Of a stretch of 32,000 bases of DNA, positions 26,716-32,000 are shown one piece after another. A program made the translations under genes and the position numbers. Numbering within the stretch: the first letter of the stretch is position 1; every line of letters starts with the position of its first letter. Source of the DNA: Desulfobulbus propionicus DSM 2032 (GTDB taxonomy: Bacteria > Desulfobacterota > Desulfobulbia > Desulfobulbales > Desulfobulbaceae); NCBI RefSeq assembly GCF_000186885.1, contig NC_014972.1, positions 1,470,001 through 1,502,000 of the forward strand, read 5' to 3'. Under the pieces are notes generated by a model, which was not told the DNA's origin, ran no database searches, and saw nothing but the letters and a program-made list of their open reading frames with translations.

Positions 26716-27351
26716 ATGGCACGCAAAACAAAAGAGGAGGCGCAAGAGACTCGCAGCGCCATCCTTGATGCAGCGGTACGGGTCTTTGCCGTCAAAGGGA
26801 TGGCGCATTCGTCCTTGGCTGATATTGCCCAGGAGGCCGGCGTGACCAGGGGAGCCATTTATTGGCATTTTGCCAACAAAGAGGACCTGCTCAACACGTT
26901 GTGGGACCAGGTGCTGCAGTTGTACGCGCCGCTGGCCCAGGCCAGTGAAAGCCGGGGTGAACCGGATCCGCTCGGCAAATTGAAAGCCCTGTACCTCTCC
27001 TTTTTCACGGGTTTGGTTGAGGACCAGCGTCAGCAGCAGCTGTTTCGCATCTTGTTCGATGACAGCAACCGCAACAAGGAAACCGATGCCATCCGCCAGC
27101 GCCACCTCGTTTGCCGCCAGGAGCGATTCATCGGCCTGCAGACGGTGTTGCGCAATGCTCGCGACCGGGGACAACTCTCGAAAGATACTGATATTCACCT
27201 GGGAGCGGTGGCTGTTCTTTCCTTTATTCACGGCATGATCGCCAACTGGGTCATGACGCCTGAGCTTTTTGATATCAAACAACAGGGGCCGATGTTGATC
27301 GACGCCCTGATTCAGATGCTGCAGAGCGGCGTCATCGCCCGTTCGTCCTAA
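26716..27351 (+). CDS. TetR/AcrR family transcriptional regulator
   Basis: The N-terminal HTH is MARKTKEEAQETRSAILDAAVRVFAVKGMAHSSLADIAQEAGVTRGAIYWHFANKEDL. The gene lies co-directionally 91 nt after the OMF gene. Confidence 0.93.
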   Translation: MARKTKEEAQETRSAILDAAVRVFAVKGMAHSSLADIAQEAGVTRGAIYWHFANKEDLLNTLWDQVLQLYAPLAQASESRGEPDPLGKLKALYLSFFTGLVEDQRQQQLFRILFDDSNRNKETDAIRQRHLVCRQERFIGLQTVLRNARDRGQLSKDTDIHLGAVAVLSFIHGMIANWVMTPELFDIKQQGPMLIDALIQMLQSGVIARSS

Positions 27352-27373
27352 CTTCCTTTCGTTCTACCTTTTG

Positions 27374-27395
27374 CCACCGGGGAATTCCCCGGTGG
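27374..27395. terminator. Perfect 22-nt palindrome/hairpin between the convergent TetR gene and the second RND permease gene
   Basis: CCACCGGGG-AATT-CCCCGGTGG forms a 9-bp stem. No U-tract follows on either strand. Confidence 0.45.
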
Positions 27396-27432
27396 TGCGC
27401 TGCCCGTGTGTCGCCAGGTTGGGTGCTGAGAG

Positions 27433-30400
27433 TCAATGTTCCAAGCCATTGCCCCTGTTGCGCCCCAATCCCTGCCGCAACTTTTCCATGTACAAATAGA
27501 AGACCGGGGTAACGTAGAGGGTCAGGCTTTGGGAAAAAAGCAGGCCACCGACCACCGCCAGCCCCAGCGGCTGGCGCGATTCCGCGCCGGCCCCATAGCC
27601 GAGGGCAATGGGAATGCCGGCCATGAGCGCGGCCATGGTGGTCATCATGATCGGCCGGAAACGGATGACGCAGGCTTCATGGATGGCCTCAACAGCGCTT
27701 TTGCCCTCGGCCTGGGCCGCGATGGCGAAGTCGATCATCATGATGCCGTTCTTCTTTACCAGGCCGATGAGCATGATGATGCCGACAAAGGCATAGATCG
27801 ACAGGTCGACCCGGAACAACATCAGGGTGATCAGGGCACCGAAACCGGCGAAGGGCAGGGCGGTGAGAATGGTCAATGGGTGGATGTAGCTTTCGTAGAG
27901 GATGCCGAGCACGATATAGATGACCACAATCGACAGGGCCAGGAGCCAGCCCATGCTGGCCTGCGCGGCCTGAAATTGCTGGGCGTTGCCCTGGAACGAT
28001 GCGGTGACGCCGGTGGGCAGCAGCGAGTCGGTCATCTGTTGCAGATCGGCCAGGGCCTGGCCCAAGGCCACTCCGGGTTTGACATTGAACGACAGGGTCA
28101 CCGACGGCAATTGGCCCGAATGGTTGATCGACAGCGGCCCCAGTCCCTGCCGGAGGGTGGCCACGGCAGCAAGAGGGACCAGTGGTCCCTGGCTGGAGCG
28201 GACATGGAGTCGATCCAGGGCCGAGGCGTCGTTCTGAAAATCAGGATGAAATTCGACGATCACGCTGTACTGGTCGTTGGCTCCGAAGATGGTGGACACA
28301 TCGCGCTCGCCAAAGGCGCTGTACAGGGTATCCTCGATCTGCTGGGGCGAAACTCCGAGCAGCAAGGCGCGGTTGCGGTCGATCTCCACCATCAGTTCCG
28401 GGTTGTCCATCTGCAGGTCGCTGGACACATCGATCAGGTTTGGGGTGTCGAGCATCATCCGTTCCAAGGTCCTGGCGGTCGCGTACAACCGGTCGGTGTC
28501 GATCCCTTGCAGGGTCAGCTGGTAAAGGCTGCGTGAGCGGCGGCCGCCAATGTTGATTGGCAGCGGGTTGACCAGCATGGCGCGGATACCGGGCACGCTG
28601 TTGAGCTTGGGCCGCAGGGAGAGAATCAGTTCGTCGGCGCTCAACTGCCGTTCATGGCGGGGTTTGAGCACCAGGAGCATGAAGGGCGAGGATGAGGAAG
28701 CGTTGACCATGAACCGATCGACATTGGGGTCTTTCTGGACGATGGCCGCCAACCGCATCAGGTGGCCCACCTGGGAAATCCAGGAGGCGGACTGGGAGCT
28801 CTGGGTCGAAACCATGATGAATCCCCGGTCTTCCGAGGGGATGAAGCCCTTGGGCACGACTACGAACAGGTAAGCCGTGGCCGCCAGGACGGCCAGGGAA
28901 AACGCCATGGTTAGCCGCCGGTAGCGCAGCACCACCAGCAGGCTGTTACCGTACCAGCGGGCCAGCAATTGGTACCCGGATTCGGTCAGCTGGTAGAGTC
29001 GTCCGTGACCCCGGCCGTGCTGCTCGCTGAGGTAGCGGCTGCACAGCATGGGCACCAGGGTCAGGCTGATCACGCCGCTGACCAGCACCGCCGCGCCGAT
29101 GGTCACCGAAAACTCGCGGAACAACCGGCCCATGATGCCGCCAAGGAAGAGCAGCGGAATGAAGATCGCCACCAGGGAGAGGGTCATGGAAATAATGGTG
29201 AAGCCGACCTCGCGCGCCCCGTCCAGGGCGGCCTGCATGCGGCTCTTGCCCATTTCCAGATGGCGGACGATGTTTTCCAGCACCACGATGGAGTCGTCGA
29301 CCACGAACCCCACCGCCAGGGTGAGAGCCATGAGCGACATGTTGTTGAGGCTGTAGTCGAGCAGGTACATCACCGCAAAGGTGCCGATCACCGACATGGG
29401 CAGCGACAGGCTGGGGATTACGGTGGCGCTGAGGTTGCGGATAAAGAGAAAGATCACCAGCACCACCAGCACCAGGGTGAGCAACAGGGTGAATTGGATA
29501 TCCAGCGCCGATTCTGTGATGGCCACGCTGCCGTCACGAAGGATGGCCAACTTGACCGAAGCGGGCAGGGTTTCGCTCAATTTGGGCAACAAGGCCTTGA
29601 CCGCGCCGGCCACCTCGATGGTATTGGCGCCGGGCTGCTTCTCCACTGCCAGGACAATGGTCTGGGCCTTGCTGTTCGGGGTGAAAAACCAGGCGCCGGA
29701 TTTGTCGTTTTCCACGCTGTCGATCACCGTGGCCACTTCGGCCAGGCGGATGGGCCGTCCGCCGCGCACCGCCACCACGATGTCGCGGTACTGGTCCGCC
29801 TTTTTGAGCTCACCGCTCGCCTTGAGCGTCAGCGTGGTGTGCGGGCCGCTCAGCTGGCCCATGGGCTGGTTGGCGTTCTGGCGGTCGATGGCCGCGGCCA
29901 CCTCGTCGGCGTCAAGGTCAAATCCCTGCATCGCCAGCGGGTCCAGCTGCACCCGGACCGCATACTTTTGCGAACCGCGCAGGGTGATTTGGGCCACGCC
30001 GCTGATCATCGACAACCGCTGGCCCATGGTCTGGCCGTACTGATCGAGCAGGGAGAGCGGCAGGGAGGGGCTGTTGAGCGAGATGAACAGGATCGGGTCC
30101 GAAGCGGGGTTGGTGCGGCGGAAGGAGGGCGGCGAGGGCATGTTGTCGGGCAGCCGGCGGTTGGCCAGCGAGATCGCGGTCTGCACATCCTGGGCCGCGG
30201 CGTCGATGTCCCGCTCCAGGGAAAACTGGAGGGTGATCTGGGTCGAGCCGGTGGTGGACACCGAACTCATCGAATCAAGCCCGGCGATGGTGGAGAACTC
30301 CTTTTCCAGCACCGTGGCCACGGTTGAGGCCATGGTGTCCGGGTTGGCGCCGGGCAGGTTGGCGGTGACCTGGATGGTGGGAAAATCGACGTTGGGCAGG

Positions 30401-30510
30401 TCGCTGACCGCCAAGTGCCGGTAGCCGATCAGGCCGAACAGGAGGATGCTGCACATCACCAGCACGGTCATCACCGGCCGGCGGATGAAAAGATCGGAGG
30501 TGCCGGTCAT
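27433..30510 (-). CDS. Efflux RND transporter permease (MdtB/MdtC-like)
   Basis: SDLFIRRPVMTVLVMCSILLFGLIGY...LPNVDFPTIQV..., VGFVVDDSIVVLENIVRH, and a length of 1025 aa. Confidence 0.95.
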   Translation of the reverse strand: MTGTSDLFIRRPVMTVLVMCSILLFGLIGYRHLAVSDLPNVDFPTIQVTANLPGANPDTMASTVATVLEKEFSTIAGLDSMSSVSTTGSTQITLQFSLERDIDAAAQDVQTAISLANRRLPDNMPSPPSFRRTNPASDPILFISLNSPSLPLSLLDQYGQTMGQRLSMISGVAQITLRGSQKYAVRVQLDPLAMQGFDLDADEVAAAIDRQNANQPMGQLSGPHTTLTLKASGELKKADQYRDIVVAVRGGRPIRLAEVATVIDSVENDKSGAWFFTPNSKAQTIVLAVEKQPGANTIEVAGAVKALLPKLSETLPASVKLAILRDGSVAITESALDIQFTLLLTLVLVVLVIFLFIRNLSATVIPSLSLPMSVIGTFAVMYLLDYSLNNMSLMALTLAVGFVVDDSIVVLENIVRHLEMGKSRMQAALDGAREVGFTIISMTLSLVAIFIPLLFLGGIMGRLFREFSVTIGAAVLVSGVISLTLVPMLCSRYLSEQHGRGHGRLYQLTESGYQLLARWYGNSLLVVLRYRRLTMAFSLAVLAATAYLFVVVPKGFIPSEDRGFIMVSTQSSQSASWISQVGHLMRLAAIVQKDPNVDRFMVNASSSSPFMLLVLKPRHERQLSADELILSLRPKLNSVPGIRAMLVNPLPINIGGRRSRSLYQLTLQGIDTDRLYATARTLERMMLDTPNLIDVSSDLQMDNPELMVEIDRNRALLLGVSPQQIEDTLYSAFGERDVSTIFGANDQYSVIVEFHPDFQNDASALDRLHVRSSQGPLVPLAAVATLRQGLGPLSINHSGQLPSVTLSFNVKPGVALGQALADLQQMTDSLLPTGVTASFQGNAQQFQAAQASMGWLLALSIVVIYIVLGILYESYIHPLTILTALPFAGFGALITLMLFRVDLSIYAFVGIIMLIGLVKKNGIMMIDFAIAAQAEGKSAVEAIHEACVIRFRPIMMTTMAALMAGIPIALGYGAGAESRQPLGLAVVGGLLFSQSLTLYVTPVFYLYMEKLRQGLGRNRGNGLEH

Positions 30511-31742
30511 GGTGTCGTCTGCCTGGTGCCGTTGCCCGACTGCGCGTCCTGGACGGTGGCGCCACTTTCTCTGGCCTGATCGCGCCGTTCAATTTTGACC
30601 CCGTCGGCCAACTGCAACTGACCGTCGATGACCACGAGCTCGCCCTCCGTGAGCCCCGAGTCGATCACCGCCCCTCCCTGATAGAGCATACCGGGCGTCA
30701 CCGGCCGGTAGCTGACGGTTTGCTCGTCGGTGACCACATACACATAGGCGCCTTCCTGGCCGACCTGCACCGCCTGCGCGGGGACAACGATGCAGTCCGG
30801 CCGTTGGGAGAGGACGACGCGCACATCGATCAGTTGTCCCGGCCACAACTGGCGGTCGCTGTTGACGAAACTGGCCTTGAGCCGCAGCATGCCGGTGGTC
30901 GGATCAACGGTGTTGTCGATAAAGGCCAACGCACCGGCAACGGGGCTGCCGGCCGCGTGTTTCTGCGGGGTGGCCAACACCTTGAGGCTTTCGACGGCCT
31001 GGTAGCGGGCAATCTCCTGGAGGTGCTGGCCGGGGACGGTGAAGGTGGCCAGGATCGGCTGGATCCGTTTGAGGATGACCATCGGACTGTCGGCATTCTC
31101 CTTGATCAGGTTGCCCTGGTGGCTGAGCAATTCGCCGGTTCGCCCGGCAAAGGGTGCCCGGATCGAGCAGTATTCCAGCTCCAGCCGGGCCTTGTCGACC
31201 GCCGCCTCATCCGCCTTGACCGTGGCGGCGAGGGTGGCCACCCGGGTCGCCGCCTGATCGGCCTGTTCCTGCGACACATACCCTTTGTGCGCGGCCTGCG
31301 CGTAGCGGCCGGATTCACGCCGGGCATTGTCCAGCTCGGCCTTGTCCCCGGCTAGCTCGGCTTCGGCCTTGGCCAGGGCGGCGGCAAAGGGACGGGGGTC
31401 GATGGTGAACAGCAGCTCCCCGCCTTTCACCGTATCGCCTTCGCGGAAATGGACGGTCTTGAGCGTTCCAGTCACCTGCGAGCGGATCTCCACCGTGGCC
31501 GATGCTTCCACATGGCCGATGGCGGTCAATTCAACAGGCACTGTTTTTCTGCTGCTGGCCGCCACGCTCACCGGGATCGCCGCCCGTTTTTTCTGGCCGC
31601 TCTTTTCCTCGCGTTGTTGTGAACAGCCGCTCATGCAAAGCAGGGCCACCAGCCCGGTGAGGACGAGCAGGCAAAGAAGCGGGCAGGCGGATTGGGCAGA
31701 CCGGTCATGCGGCAGGAGAAAATGGTGGAAAAACAGCATCAT
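30507..31742 (-). CDS. Efflux RND transporter periplasmic adaptor subunit (MdtA-like lipoprotein)
   Basis: A signal peptide with lipobox (LLCMSGC), a coiled-coil hairpin, and IRAPFAGRTGE. Both junctions have ATGA overlaps. Confidence 0.92.
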   Translation of the reverse strand: MMLFFHHFLLPHDRSAQSACPLLCLLVLTGLVALLCMSGCSQQREEKSGQKKRAAIPVSVAASSRKTVPVELTAIGHVEASATVEIRSQVTGTLKTVHFREGDTVKGGELLFTIDPRPFAAALAKAEAELAGDKAELDNARRESGRYAQAAHKGYVSQEQADQAATRVATLAATVKADEAAVDKARLELEYCSIRAPFAGRTGELLSHQGNLIKENADSPMVILKRIQPILATFTVPGQHLQEIARYQAVESLKVLATPQKHAAGSPVAGALAFIDNTVDPTTGMLRLKASFVNSDRQLWPGQLIDVRVVLSQRPDCIVVPAQAVQVGQEGAYVYVVTDEQTVSYRPVTPGMLYQGGAVIDSGLTEGELVVIDGQLQLADGVKIERRDQARESGATVQDAQSGNGTRQTTP

Positions 31743-32000
31743 GGGATGTTCCTTGCGGGGAGCGTGGTCGTCGCGCGCGACAGGGTGGCCGCAGGAAGGG
31801 GTTGCGTCTGCCAGCCGCCGCCCAGGGCCTTGTAGAGGGTAAGCATGCCGATTGCCAGCCGCTGGCCGCTTTGTGCCAGTTTGTCCTGGGATTGGTAGAG
31901 AGCATTCTGGCTTTGCAACACATTGAGAAAGGGGGTGATTCCCGCCTGGTACTGGCCGTGGGCGATGACCACTGCCCGCTGACTGGCCTTGACCGCTTCC
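31739..32000 (-). CDS. Efflux outer-membrane factor (TolC/NodT family), C-terminal part only; 5' end lies beyond the window
   Basis: The frame is open to nt 32000. The translation ...[63 protein letters not shown] is the typical OMF C-terminus. Confidence 0.85.
   Translation of the reverse strand, partial: EAVKASQRAVVIAHGQYQAGITPFLNVLQSQNALYQSQDKLAQSGQRLAIGMLTLYKALGGGWQTQPLPAATLSRATTTLPARNIP

Noticed and set aside
27436-30327. Plus-strand ORFs of 366 aa (27436..28536) and 452 aa (28969..30327), antisense to the second RND permease.
   Set aside because: The reasoning is the same: these are antisense artefacts of GC3-rich coding sequence.
1-32000. A search of the whole window for CRISPR arrays, tRNA/rRNA genes, IS elements, integrases, toxin-antitoxin pairs or defence-island gene content.
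   Set aside because: I found no direct-repeat arrays, terminal inverted repeats, transposase- or integrase-like ORFs, or tRNA-like cloverleaf sequences in the intergenic regions. Gene content is core metabolism, envelope and efflux.

Overview
High-GC bacterial chromosomal segment, mostly core and envelope genes. The gene content (LpxI-type lipid A pathway, long-form HflX, a dual-CXXC mini-protein) suggests a deltaproteobacterial/Desulfobacterota-like genome, but this is a low-confidence guess. In order: a 5'-truncated response regulator with a degenerate HD-GYP-like output; DUF2332 (-); YqaA (+); a minus-strand operon of ABC ATPase, fused ABC-2 permease/GldG and DUF4340; a coiled-coil beta-barrel outer-membrane protein (-); an AT-rich divergent promoter island; a DUF1343/NamZ-like gene followed by lpxD-fabZ-lpxA-lpxI, then asnS and hflX (+); pyrE, a 56-codon dual-CXXC ORF and a zinc-ribbon PilZ protein (-); glmS (+); an adaptor-RND-OMF-TetR efflux operon (+); and a convergent OMF-adaptor-RND efflux operon (-, truncated at the window end). 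Operon junctions mostly use 4-nt ATGA/GTGA/TTGA stop-start overlaps. I found no rRNA, tRNA, CRISPR array, transposase/integrase or recognisable defence genes, and nothing I can defend as a clearly novel multi-gene system. The items most worth follow-up are: the dual-CXXC mini-ORF missing from the ORF track and coupled between pyrE and a PilZ gene; an hflX that apparently needs a non-canonical ATC start; two plus-strand terminator-like structures with no plus-strand gene upstream, in the pyrE-glmS intergenic region; the fused GldG-type ABC exporter of unknown substrate; and candidate operator palindromes for the efflux operon. All calls rest on reading the sequence and remembered family motifs; no searches were run.
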